Of a DNA stretch of 64,000 bases, positions 27,348 through 36,948 are shown one piece after another (position 1 is the first letter of the stretch; every line of letters starts with the position of its first letter). The notes under the pieces are model-generated. The model saw only the letters and a list, made by a program, of their open reading frames with translations. It ran no database searches and had not been told where the DNA came from. The stretch spans positions 186,001 through 250,000 of the IMG/VR virus record IMGVR_UViG_3300036770_004723; one strand, written 5' to 3'. A program made the translations under genes and the position numbers.

Positions 27348-28256
27348 ATGAACACACCTTATTTAGACAGTTTGAGTGCAGGCAATTCTTATTTATCTGC
27401 GGACGGCCTCGCTAATATCGAGAACATTGCAGAGTTAAGAAAAGATATTGTTTCATATGTAAAGACCATGAAGCCTCAGGCAGTTGTTAAAAAAGCTGCT
27501 GGTGGTTTTGCAGTTACTATTGTTGTGCCTGTTAAACAACGCAAAGAAGTAACTACTTTAATGGCAGTAGTAAAGCCATTTGCTACAGGTAAAATTGCTG
27601 TAGCTGGTGAAGCAGGTAAATTCACAATGAGTTTTGTTTGTGAAGATAAAGCCACTGCTGAAAAAGCTGTTGAAACTTACGGCCGTTCTGCTAAAGTTGT
27701 CTCACCTATTATGTACTACACTGTACCAAAACGTAGTAAGGCAGTTAAATATAGTGCAGTAAAAACAAAAGCTAAAGAACCGGCTTATATGAAAAAACGC
27801 GCTATTAATATTAGCGAACGGACTTCAGTAAGCGAAGCCGTTACACAATTGCTTCCTGTTTATGCTAAAGGAGTTCTGTCGGCGGCTCTTGAAAAGAAAA
27901 TGATGACAGCTGTTTCTGCGTTAAAAAGTCATATTAACAAAGTACCAAAAGTCAAAGAAACTGCTGGTGCCCAAGCTGATAAAAATCGCGCAGTTAAACA
28001 AAAAGAATATGCAGGTTTAGCTAAAGAAGTTCGTGCCTTGTTAGAAGAATCCGGTATTAAAGCCGCTAATATTGTATTAGGTACTTCAATTGCAGGTCAA
28101 ACACTTTACGTTAAATTGGCATCAGGTAAAGTAATGACGGTTGGACTTTCTTCTGTAGAGAACTTCAACAAAGCTAAAAAAGCTGCCGCTGAAGCTTATA
28201 CTGAAGATGAACTGGATGATGCAGATGAAAAACCTGCACGTCGCCGTCGTAGTTAA
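27348..28256 (+). CDS. Basic K/A-rich putative virion or DNA-binding protein
   Basis: Bracketed by terminators; LDSLSA near the N-terminus; ends with acidic stretch plus RRRRS. Confidence 0.6.
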   Translation: MNTPYLDSLSAGNSYLSADGLANIENIAELRKDIVSYVKTMKPQAVVKKAAGGFAVTIVVPVKQRKEVTTLMAVVKPFATGKIAVAGEAGKFTMSFVCEDKATAEKAVETYGRSAKVVSPIMYYTVPKRSKAVKYSAVKTKAKEPAYMKKRAINISERTSVSEAVTQLLPVYAKGVLSAALEKKMMTAVSALKSHINKVPKVKETAGAQADKNRAVKQKEYAGLAKEVRALLEESGIKAANIVLGTSIAGQTLYVKLASGKVMTVGLSSVENFNKAKKAAAEAYTEDELDDADEKPARRRRS

Positions 28257-28265
28257 TTAAATATA

Positions 28266-28296
28266 GAGGTCACTGTATTTACCGTCCAGTGACCTC
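28266..28296 (+). terminator. Hairpin, possible terminator
   Basis: GAGGTCACTG...CAGTGACCTC. Confidence 0.55.
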
Positions 28297-28317
28297 GACT
28301 CGTTTATTGAGGTAAAA

Positions 28318-28770
28318 ATGAAGCTTAATATACATTTATGTGGTTTTATTTCTGTTTCTCAAGGAAGTAATATTGATGTAAGTTACGCATTTAAAAAAGC
28401 AATAAAAGCTTATATTAATAACCAAAGAATTTTACCTTCGAAAATTGAAAATGGATTAGAGGCAGATGCTGAAGATACTTTAGTCTTAGGTATTTTAAAA
28501 TGTATTCCATACGTCTTACAAGATATTAATTCAAAGATTGTTATTTTTGAAACAAAAGACGGAACTAAACTTAAATCTTGCGTTATATCTGACTCACGTA
28601 TTGTATATGACAATGCAAGTGCTTTCCGTATAGTACCTAAGAACGATGTAATTACACAAGAAAACAAGCCTTTTGTTTATAAAGGCTTAGGTAACAAGAG
28701 CAGTATCTACTTTCCTTATGTTTCTTTTACACATCAAACTTTAGAAAAACATATTAAAAAAATAAGCTGA
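28318..28770 (+). CDS. Hypothetical protein with SxS leader
   Basis: MKLNIHLCGFISVSQ; SD GAGG. Confidence 0.55.
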   Translation: MKLNIHLCGFISVSQGSNIDVSYAFKKAIKAYINNQRILPSKIENGLEADAEDTLVLGILKCIPYVLQDINSKIVIFETKDGTKLKSCVISDSRIVYDNASAFRIVPKNDVITQENKPFVYKGLGNKSSIYFPYVSFTHQTLEKHIKKIS

Positions 28771-28780
28771 GGTAGATAGA

Positions 28781-29545
28781 ATGGATAAGCTTGCTGCCAT
28801 TAAATTTATTATTAACGGTATTACCGGAAATAAAGAATGTTTACCTGATTACACAAAAGATTTGGATACTCAATTTTTAGAGTTTACGGTCAAGGCTTTA
28901 ATAGAAAATGACCACAGGAAACTTAATGTGTTTCTAAATCTGGATAATGATAGTGTAGTCGGTTCTTCTGTAGTTCAAGAGTACGATGCAGCATGTGAAA
29001 ATATGTTTTTACTTGACTCAAATCGTATATTAGATTTAATGTCAGATCCAGAATACGCTTATCCTAAATTTTTTACACAACTTCATCTTAATAATGTACC
29101 AATTAAGTCAGATCAACATTTATATAAAGTTTTAAGAACCTGTGTTTGCTTATACCGACACGAATGTAGTGATGTACTGCATACACTTGGCTCAGGTAAA
29201 TATTTAAATCAAAATGCTTTAGATGTATTTAATATTCTCAATACAATAACATCTGATATTCGTACACTAATAGATTTATCCTTAGAACATGGATACTCTG
29301 TATCTGTTTATGAGCTTATAGACAATGATTCAGACTATGACCGTTATGTTGTTTGGCCTACCTGTAATAACATGCGTATGGTAGAGCAAAATGGTAAAGG
29401 TTATCTATATTCTATGGATAAAAATTCTGAAATATTTGATTTCAGGAACTTTGGAAAAGAAGTCTTTAGGCATTCAGTTCCAGCAAAATATAAAGAAGTA
29501 CAAAGATACTTTCTTTCAGAAATATTAACATTACTATCTTATTAG
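28781..29545 (+). CDS. Hypothetical protein
   Basis: ORF with GAGG SD. Confidence 0.6.
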   Translation: MDKLAAIKFIINGITGNKECLPDYTKDLDTQFLEFTVKALIENDHRKLNVFLNLDNDSVVGSSVVQEYDAACENMFLLDSNRILDLMSDPEYAYPKFFTQLHLNNVPIKSDQHLYKVLRTCVCLYRHECSDVLHTLGSGKYLNQNALDVFNILNTITSDIRTLIDLSLEHGYSVSVYELIDNDSDYDRYVVWPTCNNMRMVEQNGKGYLYSMDKNSEIFDFRNFGKEVFRHSVPAKYKEVQRYFLSEILTLLSY

Positions 29546-29556
29546 GAGAATCAAAC

Positions 29557-30057
29557 ATGTCAGGAACATACTTAGCAGTAAAGCCTACAGCACTTTCACT
29601 CAATGACATTAAGAAAATTCAATTAGCCATTAATATTCAAGATCCTATCCCTAAAGAAGAAATTCATTGTACTCTCATGGCCAGCAAAGAAAAAACAGGT
29701 TCAGGTTATTCACCTAATCCAGATATTGTATATTCTGCTTCTGTAACAGGTTGTGATATTTTAGGTGAGAAAGGTTCAGGTTGGCAAGCCTTGATATTAA
29801 AGTTGCACTGTCCTGCATTACAAAGACGCTTTAATTTGGCGAAACACCGAGGCATGGAACACAGTTACCCTGAATTTCTGCCGCATGTAAGTTTAGCCTA
29901 TGAAAAAGATAATGATCTTGAAGGCTACTTGGTAGAGCTTCGAGAATATCTTCAAAAGTCTCCGCAGTTAACTATTGAATTAAGTTACGAGTATATGGAG
30001 CCATTTAACGATACTTGGATCGAAGACGAGATCAAAAAAGATGAATCGAAAGTCTGA
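29557..30057 (+). CDS. acb1: Anti-CBASS nuclease Acb1-like 2H phosphoesterase (T4 gp57B-like)
   Basis: Two HxT/S motifs (IHCTL, PHVSL); GTYLAVK N-terminus and EYMEP..W C-terminus match the gp57B layout. Confidence 0.8.
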   Translation: MSGTYLAVKPTALSLNDIKKIQLAINIQDPIPKEEIHCTLMASKEKTGSGYSPNPDIVYSASVTGCDILGEKGSGWQALILKLHCPALQRRFNLAKHRGMEHSYPEFLPHVSLAYEKDNDLEGYLVELREYLQKSPQLTIELSYEYMEPFNDTWIEDEIKKDESKV

Positions 30058-30676
30058 GACACTTCGAATTAAAAACGCTGCAACTTATTACATGGTGGAT
30101 AAGAACTACTCAGTTTATGATGAAGTAGGTTTGAAATCTTGTAATAAGTCTAGCAGATTAAGAGCAGACTTAATAGGCTTAAATATAAAAGCTGATATTT
30201 TACTGATTGAAGTTAAAAGCTGTTGGCAAGATTTCGTTACCGATACTAAGTGGGAAAACTATTTAAGTTTCTGCAATAAAATGTACTTTGCTTTATCAGA
30301 AAGTCTTTATGAAAGTAAGCATAAAGACTTTCTACGAAAAAGACTTTCTGAATTTGGCATAGGTATTCTGTTGGTTAATTCCAAGGGAAATGTTAAAGTC
30401 GTTCTAAACGCTAAGAAAAGAAAAGTAGATGGTAAGACACGGCGCTGGCTAGTAACCAAGCTTGCTTGGCGTGGTGGGTATTGCAAAGCTACTTCAGATA
30501 GATCTATGCGATTTAATACGAATCTTACAGATGATAACTCTAGCCTTTTAGAATTTTTGACTTGGCCTAAATCAGCTAGAGCAATCTATGTCAGTAAATA
30601 CCCTAAATGCGGTTACAAAAAATATATTAACTACCCAATTCTTGACGATAAGTTTATAGTTGGTTCTGTGGAGTAA
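30041..30676 (+). CDS. MmcB-like PD-(D/E)xK nuclease
   Basis: RADLIGL...IEVKSCWQDFVTDTKWENYLSFCNKMYF. Confidence 0.75.
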   Translation: MNRKSETLRIKNAATYYMVDKNYSVYDEVGLKSCNKSSRLRADLIGLNIKADILLIEVKSCWQDFVTDTKWENYLSFCNKMYFALSESLYESKHKDFLRKRLSEFGIGILLVNSKGNVKVVLNAKKRKVDGKTRRWLVTKLAWRGGYCKATSDRSMRFNTNLTDDNSSLLEFLTWPKSARAIYVSKYPKCGYKKYINYPILDDKFIVGSVE

Positions 30677-30678
30677 GT

Positions 30679-31062
30679 ATGAAAACAGTTGATGTTAGTG
30701 GTCAAAATTTCCTAAGAAGTCAATTTAAACAGTTGCAAAATATTAGTTTTATTTCGGTATACGGTAATAAAGTAATGGACTCCAGCATTTTGTCTGAGTT
30801 TAGGGGGAAAATACTTTTATTCGTTCCGTGTGTTCCAACAGCAGAAATAAAACAACTTACTAACTATGTTAAAAAACAAAACTTAATAAAAGATAAAAGC
30901 AAAATCCAGCTACCAGAAACAAAGAATCATGATCTGGATAAGATTTGCAGTAAATTCCAAAGAAATTCCGTATTCGAGATCATGGTTTTTATTGAAAAGT
31001 ATTCAGAAGACTTAGGTGACTACCAAGAATACCTATTTACAATTATGCTCAGGAAAAATTGA
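30679..31062 (+). CDS. Hypothetical protein
   Basis: ORF with GGAG SD. Confidence 0.55.
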   Translation: MKTVDVSGQNFLRSQFKQLQNISFISVYGNKVMDSSILSEFRGKILLFVPCVPTAEIKQLTNYVKKQNLIKDKSKIQLPETKNHDLDKICSKFQRNSVFEIMVFIEKYSEDLGDYQEYLFTIMLRKN

Positions 31063-31611
31063 ATGAAAATCTTAATTAGCCTATCAAACGAAAAAATAAA
31101 TAAGAGTAGCGCAACGTTCGGTCCACTTACTGTAGTAGCGAATTTTGCTAACAAAAATATGTACAGTTGTACATGGGCAAATAAGATGAAAAATTCATCT
31201 ACTATATTGACCAAACTTGGATTTAAAAGCTATAGTGTCGTAGTAACTGGTCCAAATTTGCCTGAAAGTTCTCAAGCTTTTAAAGATTTAACTTCAGCTG
31301 CTTTAGGTTTCTTTAGTAATTGCAGTACAGTGCGTTTAGAAGACCTTAATATTGTTAATGGCAGGAAATGGGCAGCGGATTGGATCAAAAACGTAGAAAA
31401 TGTTTCTACGTTAAATGTACGTCTTGACATTAGAAGTAGAGAGCGCGACAATCTTCATATTCCTGTAACTGTAGGAACTGATGTTAAACGGCGCGGTGTA
31501 TTACTGTCTATTACTGAAATGAGTGCTAAATGCCGTGTAATGTTATTAAATGCGGATGGCAGCAATGGTAATGTTCTTGAATTGCCAAAAGATCAAATTT
31601 GGATTGAATAA
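31063..31611 (+). CDS. Putative head protein with SxS leader
   Basis: MKILISLSNE. Confidence 0.6.
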   Translation: MKILISLSNEKINKSSATFGPLTVVANFANKNMYSCTWANKMKNSSTILTKLGFKSYSVVVTGPNLPESSQAFKDLTSAALGFFSNCSTVRLEDLNIVNGRKWAADWIKNVENVSTLNVRLDIRSRERDNLHIPVTVGTDVKRRGVLLSITEMSAKCRVMLLNADGSNGNVLELPKDQIWIE

Positions 31612-31620
31612 GGAATAGCT

Positions 31621-34428
31621 ATGTTTCCTATGGTGCAGCAGTACTTAAAAATAGTAAATGATTTAGGATTAGTTCCTTTCGTTTCTTTAAATACCTCTAA
31701 TCAAACTTCAGTTAGTGAAGTAAATTCTGTTAATAGATTGACCTCTGTAGAAAAAGACTCTAATAGTCTTTCATTTATACCTCAACTGTGTATCGATCAA
31801 GATACTGGATACATGAAAGATGATGTTACAGGCGTTTATTATACTTTAAATAGGCTTTATATAGGAACACGGCCTGTAACAGTTTTCTTAAAAGCTTTAG
31901 ATATAGATCCAGAACTAGCTTTACCTAGTCATTTAGTTTGCTCTGTCGGGTACAGTAAAAAACTAAATGAATGGGTTGCTTGGAATTTGACAGGTGCCGA
32001 TTCTTTTTGCAGTCGTGAGGCAGCAGTTTCCTGGGTAAATGAAACATCCAACGTAAACATTGATCGTTATTGTAGTCTTGATAAAATGTTTGCTAGTGCT
32101 GTAATCACATCTAGAGTATTTTTTAAAGCCTTGGATTGCTATTTTGGTAACATTACAGAATCCTTACCTGTAGCCGAATATAAAGAGCAGAATCTAGATA
32201 AAATTTTTGAACACATAGATCTCGATCTAGATAAAATTTTTGAAAACTGTAACGAAAAAGATTCAGGCGCGTTCAATGAAATGGTCGAGCCTTTACTAGC
32301 TTTATTTAAACAAAAAGACGTAGAAAAATCTAAATTTATCTCAGATACTGCTAGGTCTGCAAATCCATTGTACTACCGTATAAGTGGAGAACATAGACAA
32401 CATAATAGAAATATGCCTAAACAAGCTTTGACTGGTCAAAGACACAGCGGCGCACATTATCAACATAATGTACCAACTGATTCAAACCTAACCAAACCAC
32501 ATACTGGAATAAAAATAGGAATTAAAAGAAGTGGTGATCATGTCCAACATAATCATACTGGACCTACTTTTAGTTCTTTGAATAATGAAAGTTTTGTATC
32601 AGAAAGTGCCGAAGATCCAACCAAATATGAATGGTATCGTTATGTTCCAGTTAATGGCCGTAGTATTAGCCTTAAAGGATATCATAAAGAATTTGATCAG
32701 GCCAGTATAGATGATACAGAAGTTTACGGTATTAGACAAATTCGAGGCAAAGAAGAATTCTACTTGACCTTTGGTAATGCTCAAGATTTCGGTATACTTT
32801 TCAGGGTTCCTACTGCTTTGGTTAATCGCGCTATAAAAAATAGCAAAACATATAAAGGTAAGGTTCCTTTAGGTAGAGCAGTAAAGCCTGTTGATGTAAA
32901 AGAAGTGAAGCCTTCTCAGGTTAAAGAAAAAGTAAATAAAATAGTACCAAAAACTGAAAAGCCTTTAACTATAAAAGAACGTCGTGAGGCAGAAAGGCAA
33001 AGACTTTTAGAAGAATCTAAAAATAAGCGACTTCAACCTCAAGTACGCGACCAAGTTATACGTCCCGATGGCAAGATTAATTTAAGTGACATTGATGCCA
33101 TTAATGTTAAATCGCGCGATGTTACATATTTAGGTCTTTACCAACAAAGCATATTCTCAGACGATTACCATGTAGTAATTAATGACGAACGCGATGAATT
33201 ATATTCAAACATAATGAGTGAAATAACTCGCGGTAAGAATAGTAATCCTATAGCGTATTTATTTCGCGTTAGAACAAGTCAAGATTGGGTAGCCCCATAT
33301 CTAGGTGTATCCGCTAATAAGATGCGTATGAACAGTGCTATTGTTAAACGGATAATTGCTTCAAATAAACACGAAGTAATTAAAGGCATTAAAAACGTAG
33401 CAAACTTTGATGAAAAGCCTGAGCTACCTAAAGCAAGTAAGTTCAAACGTGCTGAACCTATTTATTACGGCAATAACTTTGCCGTACTTTCTGAAATAAA
33501 ATCTGCGATTCTCCAAGGCTATTTCACTAAAGCATTCAAAGTAACCGATATTAAAAATCGCAAATCTGTTACTATTGACGATGAAAAAGCCAAGAACGAT
33601 CCGCACTTTGGTATTGAGTCTACGGATACAGATGAATTTATGTTAGTGCTTTCTGCACAAAACAATAATCCGTTCTATCAACATGAAGCAGACGAGATAC
33701 TACAAAGACTTTCACGTATTTATGGACCTACTATTAGAACTGTAGTAAAAGAAAGTAAAACAAGTGAAGGTAAGTTAATGATGTTCGTGGTTATACGTTT
33801 GGCCTTGAAAAAGGTCAGCGATGAACACTTACATAGAAGTAAAGCACTGCATGATCTTGTAAGAAATAATCTAAACAATAAACAGCAAGTGCAGAAAGGC
33901 AGCGATTTTGTTGAAAAACTGGACACATTAAAATCTGAATTCAACAAACTTTACAAGAAATATGAACAAGAAAAGATTCAGGTATCTGCAAAACGAAGCC
34001 ATGAAGAATTGAACTTAAAAACTGAGATCGACAAACTTAAGTTACAACTTCAAGCCAAAGGCACAGCTAATGTAAGACCTATTCTGGATAAGCACGATAA
34101 ACTTGTTCAACAATTAAGTAAATTGCCTGCTAAATACGACGACATGTTAAAAACGGTTGAAGACATTTATTCGGAAGAAATATCTAGGCACCAGCGAGAG
34201 ATTCGTGTTTTAACAAAATCACATTCGTTGAACTTTAAAAATCAATTGATCTTTAATATGCCTGTATACAAAGCCAAATTTGGCCAAACCTTGGTTAGTG
34301 TGGAGGTTGTTGACTACAATATACCTGACGGCACTGTCGGAGTTCGTATTGTACGTGGCGGTGATAGAACAGTCCATTATATAACAAACTTATATTCATT
34401 TTTCGATGAAGAAAAAGTTTTCCCTTAA
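31621..34428 (+). CDS. Large multidomain putative virion protein
   Basis: 935 aa; three SGxHxQHN repeats; internal FVSESA followed by a domain shared with 15865; C-terminal coiled coil. Confidence 0.6.
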   Translation: MFPMVQQYLKIVNDLGLVPFVSLNTSNQTSVSEVNSVNRLTSVEKDSNSLSFIPQLCIDQDTGYMKDDVTGVYYTLNRLYIGTRPVTVFLKALDIDPELALPSHLVCSVGYSKKLNEWVAWNLTGADSFCSREAAVSWVNETSNVNIDRYCSLDKMFASAVITSRVFFKALDCYFGNITESLPVAEYKEQNLDKIFEHIDLDLDKIFENCNEKDSGAFNEMVEPLLALFKQKDVEKSKFISDTARSANPLYYRISGEHRQHNRNMPKQALTGQRHSGAHYQHNVPTDSNLTKPHTGIKIGIKRSGDHVQHNHTGPTFSSLNNESFVSESAEDPTKYEWYRYVPVNGRSISLKGYHKEFDQASIDDTEVYGIRQIRGKEEFYLTFGNAQDFGILFRVPTALVNRAIKNSKTYKGKVPLGRAVKPVDVKEVKPSQVKEKVNKIVPKTEKPLTIKERREAERQRLLEESKNKRLQPQVRDQVIRPDGKINLSDIDAINVKSRDVTYLGLYQQSIFSDDYHVVINDERDELYSNIMSEITRGKNSNPIAYLFRVRTSQDWVAPYLGVSANKMRMNSAIVKRIIASNKHEVIKGIKNVANFDEKPELPKASKFKRAEPIYYGNNFAVLSEIKSAILQGYFTKAFKVTDIKNRKSVTIDDEKAKNDPHFGIESTDTDEFMLVLSAQNNNPFYQHEADEILQRLSRIYGPTIRTVVKESKTSEGKLMMFVVIRLALKKVSDEHLHRSKALHDLVRNNLNNKQQVQKGSDFVEKLDTLKSEFNKLYKKYEQEKIQVSAKRSHEELNLKTEIDKLKLQLQAKGTANVRPILDKHDKLVQQLSKLPAKYDDMLKTVEDIYSEEISRHQREIRVLTKSHSLNFKNQLIFNMPVYKAKFGQTLVSVEVVDYNIPDGTVGVRIVRGGDRTVHYITNLYSFFDEEKVFP

Positions 34429-34432
34429 AATA

Positions 34433-34452
34433 GTGGGGAATTAATTCCCCAC
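34433..34452. terminator. Perfect 20-bp palindrome (hairpin)
   Basis: GTGGGGAATTAATTCCCCAC. Confidence 0.55.
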
Positions 34453-34475
34453 AAATCTTTTCAGGAATTACTGCT

Positions 34476-35255
34476 ATGCCTGAGTCTTCTTTATTGCATA
34501 TACTATACACAAAAATAGAAAATAAAACTTTAACTTTACCTACTTTGCCTGATGTTGCTGTTAAAGTAATGTCTATTATTGACGCACCTGAAATAAATTC
34601 TAGCGATCTGTGTCGTGCTATAAGTAGAGACAGTGGCATATCCATTAGACTGATAAAGCTTGCCAATTCCGCACATTTCGGCCGCAGCATTAAGATAACT
34701 ACACTACAGCAAGCTGTAGTTCGTTTAGGTTTCAGGCAAGTAAGATCTCTGGTGATTGCTATGGCTATGGAGCAATTATTTATAAGTACAGACTCTGTTA
34801 TACATAACAAATTGCAAAGTATATGGCATGATTCAATTAGAATTACTTCTACAGCAATGGCCTATGATTTTATAATGCACAGAGGTAAATACAGCGATAC
34901 TCTTATGCTGTTAGGTACTACATGCAGACTTGGTATGCTTACTGTACTAACTGAAATCGAAAAAACATTTAGCGCCGATATATTCCCAAAGGTTGATTAT
35001 ACAAATTTAACTATTATTGAAAAACCTATACTTCTATCTCTATTTAAGCATTGGGAATTTCCTCAAGAACTAATTAATATACTAGTTAGTTATTTTGACC
35101 GTGCTGCTGTTTGTCCGCAATCTTGTGGTTTAATTTATGCAGATAAATTTGGAGATAAAAAATTTGAAGAATGTTCTGAGTTGGTTGAATTAGATAAAGA
35201 TATATTTGATAAGATATCAGAACTAGCTAAACAATTTAATAGTATTTTGAGGTAA
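34476..35255 (+). CDS. HDOD-domain protein (host-like)
   Basis: LPTLPDVA; D..ISIRLIKLANSAHF; LQQAVVRLG; HWEFPQEL. Confidence 0.88.
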   Translation: MPESSLLHILYTKIENKTLTLPTLPDVAVKVMSIIDAPEINSSDLCRAISRDSGISIRLIKLANSAHFGRSIKITTLQQAVVRLGFRQVRSLVIAMAMEQLFISTDSVIHNKLQSIWHDSIRITSTAMAYDFIMHRGKYSDTLMLLGTTCRLGMLTVLTEIEKTFSADIFPKVDYTNLTIIEKPILLSLFKHWEFPQELINILVSYFDRAAVCPQSCGLIYADKFGDKKFEECSELVELDKDIFDKISELAKQFNSILR

Positions 35256-35257
35256 CT

Positions 35258-36928
35258 ATGAAAAGCAATTTACTGTCTATTTCCGCAGTATCAAAACAAT
35301 CCACATTAGCATTTATTAAAATTATTTCCGCTGCTTCTGTTGCATTTATGGAAAATTCGCCTTTATCTTCTTCTATTAAGTCTGATTTAAGATCGTGGAA
35401 TGCTGATGCTTCTGAATTCATCAAAAGATTTAATTTAGATAAAAAAGCTTTCTCCCGTATCATATCACAGCTGCAACTCGATAAAGTTAATCTTGTTGAT
35501 GAAATAGGTGACGTAATGGTAGGTGTGCGTGAAGCACATAGATCAAAAGAACTTATCAAAGAACTAGATCTGAGTAAGCTTCATTTGGATTTTTTAAAAT
35601 GCTTGATAAGTGTTACTTTAGGCGGCAGTGAAACAGCTGTTAAGAACTTATATAAGAATATAAGTAAGTTAGGTGATCCGAAGTTAAGTGCTTTATTTAT
35701 GCAGGAAACTGAATTAGATCAAAGTGATTTAGTTGCAGAACTCTCAAGATTTTGTAAAAATGTTTTCAAAAAGCCCGAACAAGATCTTAATGTAGAAGAT
35801 AAGAATAAGTTAAAGGCTAAAAATCCTGAACTCTATAAAGAATATTTAAAATTGTTACGTGATATTAATGAAGTAACCAAACAAGCTGTTAGTCAATTTG
35901 TACGTAACTCTGGCCAGCAATTAGTAAAAGCCACGGAACTCGTTAGATATTTGAAGACTAATAAAATCCGATCTAAAGTACCTGAAGGCTTTAATGGCTG
36001 GATAGATGAAACAGGTGCTTATTACAACACAAATAAAGTAAAGCTAGAAGGTGCCATTACAGGCAGATTGGAAGCAAATCCAAAATATGATCCTACAACA
36101 GATGATACATACGTATTCTTGCATTATCCACTATTTGGATCAGGGCAGCCTCAACGTATCTACACTGTTAATTACAGAAAAGGTAAAGTGAGTAAAAAAT
36201 TTAATGCTGTAGGTGCATTAATTAAAGATTTACCTGCGGCACGTAAAAAATGGTTACATGAGTTAAAAACTGGAAAACACAATGAAGCAGATACTGTTGC
36301 AGCCTTAATTCTTGAATTGATTTATGAAACTTCTGCACGTATCGGAACAGCAGGACAAAGCGGTCAAGGTATTAGTACACTATTAGTCAAAAACTACACA
36401 GGTAGAGGCCAAGGTTATTTTACACTTAATTATTTAGGTAAGAGTGGTGTAAAACAGAATCATAAAATTCTGACTAATCGCATTGAAACCAAACTTTTAA
36501 AAGAACTGTTAGAATCATTGACTACAGGTAAAAAACCTAATGATTTGATCATGACTGTGAATAAAGGAAGAACCGAAAAACACATTAACGGTACTTACGT
36601 TAATAAATACCTTAGATCTTTAGGTGTTGATCCAAGTGTTACCCTTCACAAATTCCGCCATGCCCGAGGATCTATTGTTGCTCAAGCTCAATTAGATAAG
36701 GCTCCGTCATTCAAAAATGCTTCGGAAGCAGAAGTAAATAAATGGTTTATTGAAGCAATGAAGAAAGTCGGATCTGAGTTAGGTCATGTTAGCGGCGATA
36801 AAGTCACTGCCACTACTGCAATCCAAAACTATATTGATCCGCAGTTAATTAAAGATTGGTTTGATAAAGTTGGTGTAAGACCAGGCAGTGTTATTCAAAA
36901 TGCACTTAATAAGGCAGGTAAGGATTAA
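35258..36928 (+). CDS. DNA topoisomerase IB with long N-terminal extension
   Basis: Catalytic pentad SARIG (R), YLGKSG (K), HKFR (R), LGH (H), NYIDP (Y). Confidence 0.8.
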   Translation: MKSNLLSISAVSKQSTLAFIKIISAASVAFMENSPLSSSIKSDLRSWNADASEFIKRFNLDKKAFSRIISQLQLDKVNLVDEIGDVMVGVREAHRSKELIKELDLSKLHLDFLKCLISVTLGGSETAVKNLYKNISKLGDPKLSALFMQETELDQSDLVAELSRFCKNVFKKPEQDLNVEDKNKLKAKNPELYKEYLKLLRDINEVTKQAVSQFVRNSGQQLVKATELVRYLKTNKIRSKVPEGFNGWIDETGAYYNTNKVKLEGAITGRLEANPKYDPTTDDTYVFLHYPLFGSGQPQRIYTVNYRKGKVSKKFNAVGALIKDLPAARKKWLHELKTGKHNEADTVAALILELIYETSARIGTAGQSGQGISTLLVKNYTGRGQGYFTLNYLGKSGVKQNHKILTNRIETKLLKELLESLTTGKKPNDLIMTVNKGRTEKHINGTYVNKYLRSLGVDPSVTLHKFRHARGSIVAQAQLDKAPSFKNASEAEVNKWFIEAMKKVGSELGHVSGDKVTATTAIQNYIDPQLIKDWFDKVGVRPGSVIQNALNKAGKD

Positions 36929-36948
36929 TCCTTACCTGAGTATAAACT

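Noticed and set aside
34295-34810. 171-aa minus-strand ORF and other nested antisense ORFs in the track
   Set aside because: They overlap well-supported genes (such as HDOD) on the opposite strand and lack recognisable motifs
35258-36928. Tyrosine integrase/recombinase interpretation
   Set aside because: GKSG and YIDP motifs and their spacing fit Topo IB better; no att-like or lysogeny context
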